Source: Eledone cirrhosa
Taxonomy: Eukaryota
DNA: 64,000 bases
Direction of reading: 5' to 3'
Assembly: GCA_964016885.1 (NCBI GenBank)
Contig: OZ024743.1
Span: 259,284,001 to 259,348,000 of the forward strand
Made by a program: the position numbers and the translations under genes. Below, one piece after another: positions 38,154 to 51,251 of the stretch; the first letter of the stretch is position 1; the number at the start of each line of letters is the position of its first letter. The notes under the pieces were generated by a model that did not search any database, had not been told where the DNA came from, and worked only from the letters and a program-made list of their open reading frames with translations.

Positions 38154-41140
38154 AATCAGGGATTGGCCAAAAAGTGTAAGAGAAGGCGCTCCATTTTGGT
38201 AGTGCTGGGCGGGGGCAAGGTACGACGGGTAGGCGGTAGCAGATGACGGACGCTATGTACGCATTCGCCACCTCCGCCCGTCCTTTCAGAGACAGCCTCC
38301 TCTCGGCCTATTTCTGGGTGAGAAAGGTGACCCTGCTCGTCACCTCGGTCCAGTTTTTCTCCATCTGGAGGTCCGGACCGAACCAGACCTCAAGCAATTT
38401 AATCGGTTCTTCCGTCCAGCGCCCCACGACGCTGTCGGACGGCATGGACTTGCCTCTCCAGGTGCCGAGTTGCAAGCCCACCGACTTTTCCTGGTTTATC
38501 ATTGCTCCTGTCACCGCTTCGTATTCCTTGAGATCGGTGCCCAGCATCTGGACGTGTTTGGTGCTCGACACCACCACGGTGACGTCGTCGGCGTAAGCTG
38601 ACACGGATCTCTCGCATCCCAGTTAGCGTGGGACCCCCCTCATCGTCTCCAATTTGTGTAGTAAAGGCTCTAGGGCCAGTACATACAAGAGGGACGAGAG
38701 GGGGCAACCCTGGCGGATCGAGAGCATGATACTGAAAGGCTGCGACAGGTGACAATTCACCCTCACAATCGAGTAGATGTCGCTGTGCATCGCAGTGATC
38801 CAGCCTCTAAAAACGGGCCCGAAGCCGGCCGCCTCGAGGACCGCAGCCAGGTACCGATGGTTGACCCTATCAAATGCTTTAGATTGACCCTAGTTGATCA
38901 GGGCCTCACCCGTGCCAGGTTCCTTAACCACCCTCTCTATGATGTATCGGATGAGATGGAGGTTGTCGTGGATGGATCTGTCCGGAATGGCGCATGTCTG
39001 CGCCTCTCCCACCAGATCACCGACGACAAGCGCCAATCTCTTTGCTAACACCTTGGCCAAAATCTTAAACTCTGCATTTAGCAGAATTATGGGCCTGAAG
39101 TTGTCTATAACGTCCCCCTTGTTCGGGTCTTTTCTCAGCAGCGCCACCGCTCCCCGGCCCACAAAACTGGGAATGCTTCCGTTCTGCTGCCAGTTGCAGT
39201 AGACATCTGCCAAGAGGTCGCCTAACAAGTCTGGCATATACGCTCGTAGGGCAGACCATCCAAACCTGGCGATTTAACTCTCGTGCAATCAGACATCGCT
39301 TCCCGTATTTCGTCTGCTGTTATCGGCTTTTCGCAGCTCTGCGCTGCGGTCGTCGAGAGCCGAGGCAGTCCGTCGGGGTATGCACCGATGTCCATACTCC
39401 GATCCGGCCCGCCGCCGCTCCCGAACAATTGAGCAAAGTGCTGTTGAAAAGCCGCACACATCTGCTCGGGTTCGAGCAACTTGCGCCCGTTTTGATCAGG
39501 CAAAGACCGAATTGTGGCTTTGTTGCCACGTCGCGCCACTGCTACCCAGGCCCATTGGAAGGCTTTCGTCCCCTCGTGTCTTAGAGCATGCGTTCTAGTT
39601 CTGACAACGCAGCCTTCATGCTTTGCGTTGAAGAATTGGTCGAGTGCCAATCTTGCCGCAAGCACGTCGGTTGCGATGCCTGTCCTAATCGCCTCTTCTA
39701 GCTTTCTAACTAAATCTCCCTCTACTCTATTTTCCTCTATCACTACTCTTTTGCTAAACCTTATCGATTCTACTCTAATAGCCCTTTTCAGGGTAAACCA
39801 CCACCTGTTGTTTACGATCGCACCCGTCAACGCACGCTTAACTAATTCGCTAATCTGGTCTCTGTTAAATTTGCGTTCAGCTTCCAGTAGCCGGGCCCTT
39901 GCCTATGGAGTCGATCTAAGTCAACTTCACAGATCACAAATTTGTGGTCCGTGTAGTCGACTACTTTAAATTGTGGACAACCTCCACTAGCCTTATCTGT
40001 TTCCCTACAGAATACCCTATCTAAATAAGATCTGTATGACCCGATGCGATTTGCCCATGTCCACATTGGCACATTCGGATAATCCAGTCTATACCTGTCA
40101 GACAGTTCAAAACGTCTGAGCAGGTTGTTGAGGCTTTTACACCCTCCTCCCCTAGTGGTAGTGGAGCCCGCTCCGGCGATTTTACCGCCGGCGTAGCTAC
40201 TGCGACTGTTGGTGTTGCCGCCACTGCTGCCGCTGCTTTAGTTGTCCGTGGCCTTGGAATGGGTGGCACGGACGTTGCCATCCTACTCACCATGGAAGGG
40301 TCTTCTGCCTCTGTTGCTTGCCCTGCTCTTGGTAGCAGCGGATCAGGCGTCGGAGGGAGGGGGGCCTCTTCCTGGATGTCTTCTACGGGCAGATGGCCCT
40401 GAGGTGACCCTTCTGCCCACAGAGATAGCACTTTGGGCGCCTTCCTTCCACGCTTATAGGGAGATGGAGCCCATCTTCGAGGTCTGGGATGGCCTCGATG
40501 CACTCCTCGTCAGTCTGTATTAGCATTTGCATGCCTATTCCTGGCCTGTTCTCTCTTCCCATTAACTGTATTTGTAGTATGGTGGTCTTCTCGATTCCAA
40601 CCAGTACAGACGCGGCTAGCCAAGGTATGGGCACGTCGGGCGGGATCTCGGTCACTTTGACCCTCACAATTTTCTGCCCACAGTAGGAGGGCCCCAAGAC
40701 TATTTCCTCACTCTTTAGTGTTTCCAAAGAGTGAGACTGCGCCTCCTGGGTGGAGGCGAAAATTGCGTCTACTGTGGTGTACTTTCTGACTCGGGTGATG
40801 TGGGTTTTGCGCGCCCAGACGCACTTCAAGGCTTTGGATTTGAGCCTCCGTGGCTCTCTCCACCCGATGTGAGATTTTGCTTACGATGCGGTAAGTCACC
40901 GTCCGTAGCTGCTGGTCCTTGAAAAAATCGGGTGGAGGTTTCAGGCAAACTCTATTGGCGTTTCTTGTCACCATGGCCCTTGCGACTGCCATCTCCTCCT
41001 CTGTGACCTACACTGTTTCCTTATTTCGGGCCACACCTGCAAAAGAAGTGGTCCCTTTTTCAGCAGCACCACTATTGCTGCCACTAGTGGTCTTGCTGGT
41101 GGTACTGAGATCGCTGTTACAGGAGATGGAACCTGCATAA
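38154..41140 (-). mobile_element. Tx1/L1-clade LINE, 5' half (ORF1 plus internally deleted ORF2)
   Basis: ORF1 gag knuckle CYLCGQKGHLRAIC; APE C-terminal part WTW..SYLDR..TDH; RT motifs SPGLDG, NFRPI and SAYADD. Many frameshifts; a deletion near 40155 removes the ORF1 end and the APE start. Confidence 0.92.
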
Positions 41141-41156
41141 GCTCTTTGTGTGTGTT

Positions 41157-41213
<57 letters not shown>

Positions 41214-41273
41214 CACACACATATATATATATATAGTGTAGGTAGTACGGTGATATATATCTTTTGTCGCATC

Positions 41274-41354
41274 ACCAGCCTGAGGAGCAGATCGATACTG
41301 GAGTCGGGTCCATAACACCCTGAGTCAATCCTCTGTGAAACGCGCGTAACAGGT
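41274..41354 (+). ncRNA. Type I hammerhead with long stem II
   Basis: ACCAGC-CTGAGGA-GCAGA...TCTGT-GAAA-CGCGCG-TA-ACAGGT. Palindromic stem III, GUA site, stem I with two mismatches, AATAAA at 41363; the module is TA-flanked. Confidence 0.6.
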
Positions 41355-43242
41355 CTATACGCAATAAATATTTTTCATATGTAAACGAAACTTCCTCGTT
41401 TTGTTTTCTATTATATATGTATATATATATATATATATACATACAATGAAGGATGTACGCAAATATATTAACAAAACATAAATTAGTTTTACATGAAAAA
41501 GTGTTATAAGATTTCATTTCACACACTAATACATCAGTCGCGTCAGCACCTCCACTACTAATGCCGCCACACTACACAATTCGCTACACATACACATATA
41601 TGTATGTGTGTGTGAGGTGTGAGTGTGTAGAGTTGTGTAGTGTGACGGCAGTAGTAGTGAAGGTGCTGACAAATATGTATATATGTGTGTATGTATGTAT
41701 GTATGTATGTATGTATGTATGTATGTATGTATGTATGTATGTATGTATGTATGTATGTATGTATGTATGTATGGATGGATGGATGGATGTATGTTTGTAT
41801 GTATATATGTATGTATGTATGTATTTATGTATGCTCACACATATACAGACACATTGTTTATCTGTATGTAGTAATTGATAACTATTTCTCCACCAATAAT
41901 ACTATCAATAAAAAAATTGCCGTGTTACAAACTAATTAGCTTACAGATACAACCCACTTAATTAAAAATGTAATATATAGGTGTAACTTTCAGATTATAA
42001 CAACACACAATGACAAAAAAATAACCAACAATCATTTGTGTGTTGCAACTCCGTCGATTCGTACGATGCATGCTTCAGTTTTCCACACAACGCAGCAATC
42101 TACTTGTGAAACCTTATTATTAGTGGCTGAGCATTCCCCTATGTGTGCACCATTAATGTAGTACTCAAGGAGATTCGGCACAACACACTGGCCGAATAAC
42201 AGGTACAACTCATTTTTGCCAGCTGCGCGTGTGTGTGAAAGAGACTGCGTGTGTTTGTCTATATTAGCGTCTGAGCATATGTATCATTACTTAGCAGTTT
42301 GACAAGAACGAGAGCTATAACGGTGGAAGCAATTGGGATGTGTGCCAAATTTGGTCAATCTTGTTGTAGTGATTAGTTTAGCTCTTTGCACTCAAAATTG
42401 GTCATAAATTGTAGCGCATATACAAATATGTGTGTTTTGGTAGTTTGGGGAGAAAAAAATGATTACTGTAGATGGGTGGGCGTGTCCGCCACCAAGTTCC
42501 ACCACTCAGTCATAGCTGACCACCAGGCTAAAGTCTCCCAGGTTGGCCACAACTTACTTTCCCTATTTTTCCACGGTTAGTTTTATACATGTTTCTTTCA
42601 CCTGTGTCTTCCCACGATGGGATCTGTACACTTTTTTTCTTCCATTCCTTTCCTATTTTTCCCCCTCTCCCCCCCCCCCCCCTGTTTTTCCTCCTTCCAT
42701 CTCTTTCCTTTTCTCTCTCCCTTTGTTCTCTCTTTTTCTCTCTCCTTTTCCCCCTGGCCTTTTGATTAATAAAAGGCCTCGGGCGCACCCGAACTAAACC
42801 GATATCCTGTAATTCAGCGCGCCGAAACATCGGTTCGGGAAACAATTACAGCTGACGATAGAAACTACTTTCTTCCTCTCTCCTCCTGTTCCGTCCTAAC
42901 CACCATCCTAAACCTTGTTTTTAGTAACCACACAGCTCCTTTCATTTCATAACTTTTTGTATATATATATATATAGTAGAATAATCGAGAATCGGAAAAA
43001 CAGCTCACGAATTAACGATAAACAATATCCGATATGAGTGGCAGAGGGCTCAATAATTTGGATAAATCAGAGCTATAACCATCGTTAAATTACCAACACA
43101 TAGAGATTATGCCTAAAATCACCCGTACAGCCGAAAAAGAACGACCAGGAAGATTCGGGTCACTCAAATAAAATATCAATACTCAATTGAGAAACTGGTA
43201 TTATACCGAACTTCTTCAGCTACTATATATATATATATATGC

Positions 43243-43298
<56 letters not shown>

Positions 43299-43365
43299 CC
43301 CGGCTTCAATCGGGGGTAAAAACAGTAAGTAAGGTACTCAATACATATCAGAGTATAAATGTTTA

Positions 43366-43482
43366 ATATAGAAATGGCTTCTACTGGACTAGAACCGTTT
43401 CATTCGAAGAAAATCACCAGGAAAGCCCTGATGATTTTCTTCGAATAAAACAGTTCTAGTCGTGTAGAAGTCATTTCTATAT
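43366..43482. repeat. Palindrome made of two head-to-head decayed hammerhead halves
   Basis: Plus arm CTGATGATTTTCTTCGAATAAAACAGTTCTAG; minus arm CTGGTGATTTTCTTCGAATGAAACGGTTCTAG. Confidence 0.7.
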
Positions 43483-43588
<106 letters not shown>

Positions 43589-43789
43589 AATATATATATA
43601 CAATCATTTATTATGGTTATCGGCGAGATTTGTTACTCTAAAGTTGCATCTGCGCACTCACAGGATCACCAGTCTTGTCTGATGATCCCGTGAGTACCAG
43701 ATGAGATTCCAGAGTAACAAAGCTCATCACTTAGCCATAATAAATGAATATTTAAACTACTTGCGTATTCACTTTTGGGACTCAAGAGT

Positions 43790-44310
43790 ACCACCAAACT
43801 CTCCTCATCTCTATGTCTATCAAAAATACACACTCTTTTAATTCACTCTCTGTATCTACTAAAACCAAACTCTCCCCCTCTCTATATCTACCACGACACC
43901 GACTCTCTTATATCTAACACTACCGACTCTCTATATCTAACACTAATACACTCATCCCTGTCTATAAATATCTACACTTATCTCACCCAATCCCCCTCTC
44001 TATATCAATCACCCCTAAACTCTCCCCTCTCTATATCTACTACATGAAGTCTCTCTCACAATCCTCCCTTTGTATATCAATTACCACCAAACTACCCTTC
44101 CTTTCTATATCTACGACACAACATACTCTCTCTCTCATTCTCTCTCACTCTATCCATCACTACCAAACTTCCCCCCTCTCAATATATAACAATTCCTATT
44201 TCTATCAATCCTCTCACTCTATTCATTAGCAACATCAACCATACAACACTCTCTTCCAATCCCCCCCTCTATAATCAATTAACACCAAACCCTCCCTATA
44301 TCATTTCCAC
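43790..44310 (+). repeat. Degenerate pyrimidine-rich tandem repeat upstream of Tx1 ORF1
   Basis: Recurrent units of about 25-30 nt such as AAACTCTCCCCTCTCTATATCTAC. Confidence 0.6.
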
Positions 44311-44323
44311 CTCGCACACTGTC

Positions 44324-46049
44324 GTGAGTGCCACGCCCACTAAGAAAAGTGGTGGAGGGAAGGTAGGAGTACAAAGCTTGCAGCCGTCCCCCCTCGCATC
44401 ATCGAAAAACGTGGAAAATATCGAAACCGCGAAACCAAATCCGGCAAATAATACCAGCACCAACAACAAGAACAATGACAACAACACCACAACAAACAAC
44501 TGCAACAATAGCAACACCAATATTACCAACAGTGACAGTAACACGAAAGACAACAACACCAAAACAACATTTGCACAGACCGTAAAAAAAAATGAACTAT
44601 ACACGCCAATAGACATAACAAATGCTAAACAACTATTACAAGACGCAAAACAATTCGTGACTTTTGGCGAAAATGGTGCTTTTAGCATCAATTCTCCACA
44701 GGAATTACGTAGAGAGGCTGTCCTGAAAACTGTGGTTTTCAGGACAATATCGAACGTAACAAGAAAACCAGCTCAATTATCACAAAATGAAATTGATCTG
44801 GTTCTAAATGACGCAATGAAGGACTTAACCTTCATACAAAAAGGTAAACTGTTTGGTAGAATTTCGGTGCTGATGAACAACCAGTCAACAGCTCAAAAGT
44901 ACTCGATAGCACCCATTGTGTCCCCCCACTTCACCTTTTACCCCACATACAGGGGAAAAAGGACACAAAGAATAAGAATAATGAGTATCACACCAAATGT
45001 AAACATTTGGTGGATACTATGTGGAATAATAAACTTTGACGAAGACAAGATAATTTCAATAGGAAAGTCCTCCGGAGGTGTATTTGGTGGGACCACCGTA
45101 GAAGTTCTGGTGCAAATGAGCCCAGAACGAATAGCGAATATCCCACAACGCGTGCCTCTGGACGGGCTAACTTATATAAACATTTCAGTGGAGGGAAGGC
45201 GGCCGTTATGTTACCACTGATTAAGCAGGGGTCACCTGAGGGCTGCCTGTCCTCAATTAACGAGTCAAAAAATAAAAGGCTCTTCTGCCAACCCCGAACA
45301 CAACAACACAATCACCACCACCACCACCACCACCACAACAACAACACGGAAAAATAACAACACAAAACACTGTTCCACCCAACCCCTCCCCACCTAAAAC
45401 AAATACAAAAGCAACCACAACAAAACCCCAAAATATACCCCTCCCCAACAACACGGAAGAGGACTCCGTATCAACGTCACCCAGTGACGACGAGGGAGAA
45501 CCCTTTCAACAGGTGAAAAGGAAAAAAAAAAGGCACCACATTAACAAAAATGCCACAAACACACAACCACCAGCACAAACAGAACAAACATCACAAATAA
45601 AAAACCCCACCGCTCCCCAAAACATAACACGTACTATAAAACGCAAACACCCGCAAGAACAACAAACAAAAACAAACACAACACAACAAAAACTCTATAC
45701 ATACATTAACAAGAACAATAAAACGTTGATGAAAGCGATAGAAAATAACCCTTCGGTGGAAACCGAAGGGATCACTTTCACCTACGTAGCGAACAAACCG
45801 CACCTAATGATGATTAGGGTCCCAACAGAAACCTATGTAACTTTGAAAAAAAACCATCCAATGCATGTGGGGACCAACTGCACCAAACCACATAACAGCG
45901 TCCTATTGAGATGTTTCCCCACCCCCACACCAGACACCCACACATTGATGTCCTCACCCCACCACAAACCACCACCCCACCAAACAACCCTTCCAACACC
46001 CCCATGGAAATTGTGCAGCCTGGTCCCCAGGAGACGAAGAGGTAAGTAA
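44324..46049 (+). pseudogene. Tx1-like LINE ORF1 (gag-like, CCHC knuckle)
   Basis: ISVEGRRPLCYH*LSRGHLRAACP (a stop replaces the second Cys); homologous to the minus-copy ORF1; later frameshift. Confidence 0.8.
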
Positions 46050-46087
46050 TTTCCTTTCCGCTTCCTTTTTACCTCTTCAGCACCAAC

Positions 46088-49000
46088 ATGGCCAATATAA
46101 GAGTTGGATGTGTGAATGCACGCGGCTTGAGGATGTCCTGGAAACAGGGCAAACTCTTAAATGACCTCAGGTCGCACAGAGTGGATGTAATGGTTATTTG
46201 GGGTGGGGGTGGGGTTGTCGTTCTGCTGCGAAAATACCTGGGTCTTGCCACACAGAAGGTACACCTGGACCCGGAGGGTCGACTGGTGGTTTTAGACGTC
46301 GGCAGTGGTGAAGGTGGAGCTTTCAGGCTGGTGGCAGCGTATGCCCCATCGGGGACACCGCGACCGGACTTCTTCCGACGCCTGGAGAATTTCCTGGGAA
46401 CGTCTCGCTCCTTGCTTTTAGTGGGGGACTGGAATGGTATCCTGGATGCACGTTGGGACTATGTAGGGGCATGTCCCGATAGAGGGGGGTGTACCAGCCT
46501 CAAACGATTAATCGGCCGATTTGATCTGGCCGATAGATATCGACTGGATTTTCCGACTGTGCCACGGTGGACGTGGAGTAATCGCAGCGGAACATCCAGG
46601 TCGTACCTAGATAGGTTCCTAGTTAGAAATAAGGATAGGGACATATTAAGCTGTTCACGAATGTTCATGGTTGACTATTCGGACACAAGTTGTTGACCGG
46701 AGTGGTCAACCTTGATAGAACTCATAGAAAGGGACCCGGTTACTGGAAGCTAAACTTGTCTTTACCGACAAACAAAGCTTACAGTAAGCGGATTAGCACA
46801 CTAATTAAGCAGCGTTTGACGGGGGCAATTGTCAACAACAGGTGGTGGGGCTCTCTCAAGAGAGAAATTAGAATAGAATCGATAGGTTTTAGTCGGGAAT
46901 TAGCATCAGATAGGAATAGAACTGAAAGGGAATTAACAAATAGAGTAGAAGAGGCGATTAGGAGTGGCAATGTGGCCGCCGTGCTGGCGTCAAGAACGGC
47001 CCTAGACCAGTTCTTTGATGCGAAGCACGAGGGCTGCGTTGTCAGGAGTAAAATACGTGCTCTGGGTAACGAGGGAGCCAAAGCTGTTAGCTGGGCCCGA
47101 GTGATAGAGGTAAAAAGTGGAAACAAGTCCACGATTCGGTCTTTGAAGGACCAGGATGGACGCGTGATCCTTGAACCTGAGCGGATGAGTGCGGCCTTTC
47201 AACGGCGCTTTGCACCACTGTTCGGGAGGGGCGGCGGGCCGGGTGGGGCCATGGATTTCGGTCCATACCTCGACGGTCTGGCGCGGCTCTCGGATGAGGA
47301 GGCGAAGTCCTGCGAGAGGCCGATTTCAGCCGCTGAAATAGGGGAAGCGCTGAGCCAATGCGGCAAACGCAAATCTCCGGGTCTCGATGGTCTACCATAC
47401 GAACTTTATGTAGCGATGCCGGGTTTGTTCTCCGGTCTCCTCGAGGCGGTCTACTGCAACTGGCAACAGAACGGGAGAATTCCCAGTTCTGTGACCAAGG
47501 GCGTAGTCACGCTGGTGAGGAAGGACGAGAAAAAGGGGGATGATATAGATAACTTCAGGCCCATAACTCTGCTAAACACAGAGTTAAAGATTTTGGCCAA
47601 GGTGTTAGCGAAGAGGTTGGCGCTTGTCGTCGGGAACCTGGTGGGAGAAGCGCAGACATGCGCAATCCCGTCCAGGTCCATACACGACAACCTCCACCTC
47701 ATGCGATACATCGTAGAGAGGGTAGGGAACGAACCCGGCTTTGGTGGGGCCCTGATCAACTTGGATCAATCTAAAGCGTTCGATAGGGTTGACCATCGGT
47801 ACCTGGATGCGGTGCTCGCTGCGGCAGGCTTCGGACCCGTTTTCAGGGGCTGGATTGCTGCAATGCACAGCAGCAACACCTGCTCGAGGGTCAAGGTGAA
47901 CGGCTACCTCTTGGAGCCGTTCCAAATCACGCGATCCATTCGACAGGGATGCCCTCTCTCCTCCCTCCTGTATGTGCTGGCTCTCGAGCCACTACTGAGG
48001 AAGCTGGAGCTGTTGCAGGGCATCCCCTTGGAACCGGGATTGCGGAAAGCGGTGTCGGCCTACGCCGATGACGTGACAGTAATGGTGTCGTGCGCCTCGG
48101 AAATCGGGCAGATCGGCACCTTACTGGAGGAATATGAAAGGTTCACAGGAGCCAAGCTGAACCGGGACAAGTCCGTCGGTTTGCAACTCGGGACGTGGAG
48201 GGGCAAAACGATGACCTCCGACGGCATCGTCGGACGCTGGACGGAGGGACCGGTGAAGCTGCTCGGGGTCTGGTTCGGACCGGACCTCCAGGTGGAGAAA
48301 AACTGGGACGAGGTAACGGGCAAGGTGTTTGCACTCGCCCAGATGTGGGCCGAGTGCAAACTATCCCTGAAAGGTCGAGCGGAGGTGGCGAACGCTTATA
48401 TAGCGTCCGTCATCTACTACCGATTGACCGTCGTGCCTTGCCCAGAGAAAACACTCGCCAAAATGGAGCACGCGCTCTTCCGATTTCTTTGGAAGAAGCG
48501 GGCACCTTTGGTGAGAAGATCCATCTGCTGTCAACACCCTTCGAACGGAGGGATGGGGATGCCGTGGCTGACGATGCGTAGACACGCATTAAGGCTACAG
48601 CACCTCCAGGTATTCCTCACCGGTCAGCCGGTGTGGGCCCTGTTTGTGAGGCGAGCCTTTCCGAGACTCGTCTCACTCACCGAGCTGCAATCCTGGGTCA
48701 AGCAAAGACCGAGAAAAGTGGGCGACTGGCACATTGAATGTGCCCAGGCGCTCACGGCCCTCTGGCAAGCGGATCCGGCAATCAGTGGAGACTCAACCTT
48801 AACATTCTATAGAGGGTTGGTGCGCAGTAAGTGCGACGACGCTCTCGGAGAGGCTCTGGGCATGGAGGAAGACGAGCTGGCCAGTCTGTTCGGTAGGACG
48901 TTTGGCTCGGGACCGATGGACAACTTCCAAAAGTCCCTGGCTTGGCAATGTTACCGAGGAGCTCTACCCGTTCGGGACAAGCTCTACAGACACGGGCGCC

Positions 49001-49442
49001 CGGGTAGGGACCCCTCGAAGAAGATCTGTCCAAGATGCGTGCGTGACGAGGAAACCGTCGCACACGCATTCGTACACTGCCCGGGCGTTGCTGACCTGTG
49101 GGGCTATGTAGAACGACTACTGTCGCGGGTGGGACCAATCCGGTTGACTACCGAGAACATTGTCACAATCAAACCGCCTCCCCCTTTCAAAAACGAAGGA
49201 GAGGCGGTTTTCCTCTGTGTGATAGCCATGGCGAAAGAAGTTGTATGGTGGACAAGGTTGAAAGGGATGAGGTCAGACACCTATCTCTCCGGCCAACAAC
49301 TGGTTTTTTTTTCAGGTACCACTTTAGAAGAAGGATCAGAATGGAGAGAGAGGTGCTCTACCCCAGCAAGTTTTATGAAAGATGGGTGAAAGTAGCGAGA
49401 ATGGCCCGAGTGAATGGGCCTTCTCTCTATATCAGCCTATAG
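46088..49442 (+). pseudogene. Tx1/L1-clade ORF2 (APE, RT, zinc finger) with two frameshifts
   Basis: VNARG, YAP, GDWN, SYLD, PGYWKLN, SPGLDG, NFRPITLLN, DQSKAFD, RQGCPLS, AYADD and CPRC..ET..H...C. Frameshifts at about 46690 and 49310; short deletion in APE motif II. Confidence 0.95.
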
Positions 49443-51251
49443 GTGAGAGAGGAGAAGAATGAGAAGAGGAAGGAAGCACCCGCTCTTTGTGCTCCTGAAG
49501 AGGAGGGTTGCACATTTTTTCGGGGGTGTGTGCGACCCATGTCAACGCCCCTCCCTATTGAGGACATCGATTGTTAAATTTAATTTGTTATATGTTTTTT
49601 ACACGTCTTTTTAAATGTATGTAAACTCCCCCCTTTGTATTTGTCCCAATCTTTGATGCCCTGGTGGCAAATAAATAGAAATATATATTTATATCCATCT
49701 ATCCCATCTATTTCTACATAACATATACATAAATTGTAGTGATTATACAAATAAACGTGTTTTGGTAGTTTGGGGAGAAAATATAATTATGGGGAGGGGG
49801 TATCGCCCTTCTGGCCTCCCCACTTTCACCGCCCCTGTATAAAGTAAGTTGGTATGATTGACTAAATTGGGGCAGTGCCTCAGCATGGCCGCAGTGGGAA
49901 AAATGAATTCATTAGGAAACTAAAGGTGTAAAACATAAGTCAGCTCGGCGAACAGAGGAATTTCACTCAACATGCTAGAAGTACTAGTCAGATCTATCTA
50001 AAGCCACACCCTTCTTAATAAATAACACATATATTATATTCTGGGGATGTACGATGTGCGAAATAAAAACACGCTAGTATAGTCATAGTTGGCATGGCTA
50101 TAGTCATAGCTCTGATCAATCGCGGCAGGTGTAGGGCTAAACAATAAAAACAAATATAACAACAGCAATAAAAAACAGGATTCACTAGATGGTAGCATGC
50201 CCTGAATATATAGTAGTTATATCTCACAGTGAGACAAATTCTGTTAAATTATAATGCATGGCTCTTGGTGCTATTTGAGCTTTCCTATATAAATACATTT
50301 TACGCAGAGCTGTTGTTACGGCAATAGTTGATGGTGCTGCTGCGTTGAGCAGTATGTTGTTTCAGGTAAGGCGCGTGACGTAGTGACTACATTGATCGTA
50401 AGGTCATGAGATCAATTTCTGACGGAAGGTTATGTCCTTTAGCAAGACCTTTTGTTTCATGCTGCTTCAATCCACTCATCTGGCAAATATGAGTTGTCTC
50501 TGTATCTGTATTTCAAATGGCCTGTGTCATCTTAAATCTTCTGAGAACTACGTTAAGGGTACACGTCTCTGTGAAATGCTCATTGCACGTTAATTTCACC
50601 AACATACTGTTCCGTTGTTCAAACAGCTTGAACATGTATCGTCGTAATCGACGGAGGTCCAACGCACAAATAAATGTTGGTTATTCTCTCCTGTTATCTG
50701 TTGTTATAATATGAAAGTTACACCTATATATGAATTTTTAAATTAAGCTGCTTGTATCTATAAGCTAATTATTCTGTAACACGATGATTGTATTTTTAAT
50801 TTATTTCTTGCAGCATCCTTCGAGGAGAAATACTTATTAATTACGAGACAAATATATATATATAATTTCACGAGCAGGCTGTTGCGTTGGTCGAAGTACT
50901 GGAGTACTTGTCGTCGAACACGACGCAGACCCAAGTTCAGCAACAATGTTGTTCCAATAAAATCTAACGATAGGCTTTTTGCAGAAACAATATTGGATAT
51001 CATGGAGACGGCATAGTTTGAAATATATAATTGTTTCTACTCCCATCCCATAAGGATGAAAGGCAAAGTTAACCTCGGTTGAACTCAGAACGCAAAGAGT
51101 CATAACTCTATGCTGCAAAGCATGGTGTCTGACGCTCTACCGATACAGCCAATCCATATAATATATTACAAATATGACCATTAATAATATGCAAAGTAAT
51201 ACGTCCAATTTCAGTGATATAACTTTGTGATAGGGTATATAAGCCTCTAGG

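Larger units (their letters stand above)
44300..49681 (+). mobile_element. Near full-length Tx1-like LINE
   Basis: ORF1, ORF2 and a 3' UTR ending GCCCTGGTGGCAAATAAATAGAAATATAT. The 5' boundary is uncertain. Confidence 0.9.

Noticed and set aside
42853-42870. CTGACGA-TA-GAAA as a hammerhead
   Set aside because: There is no room for stem II and no stem I.
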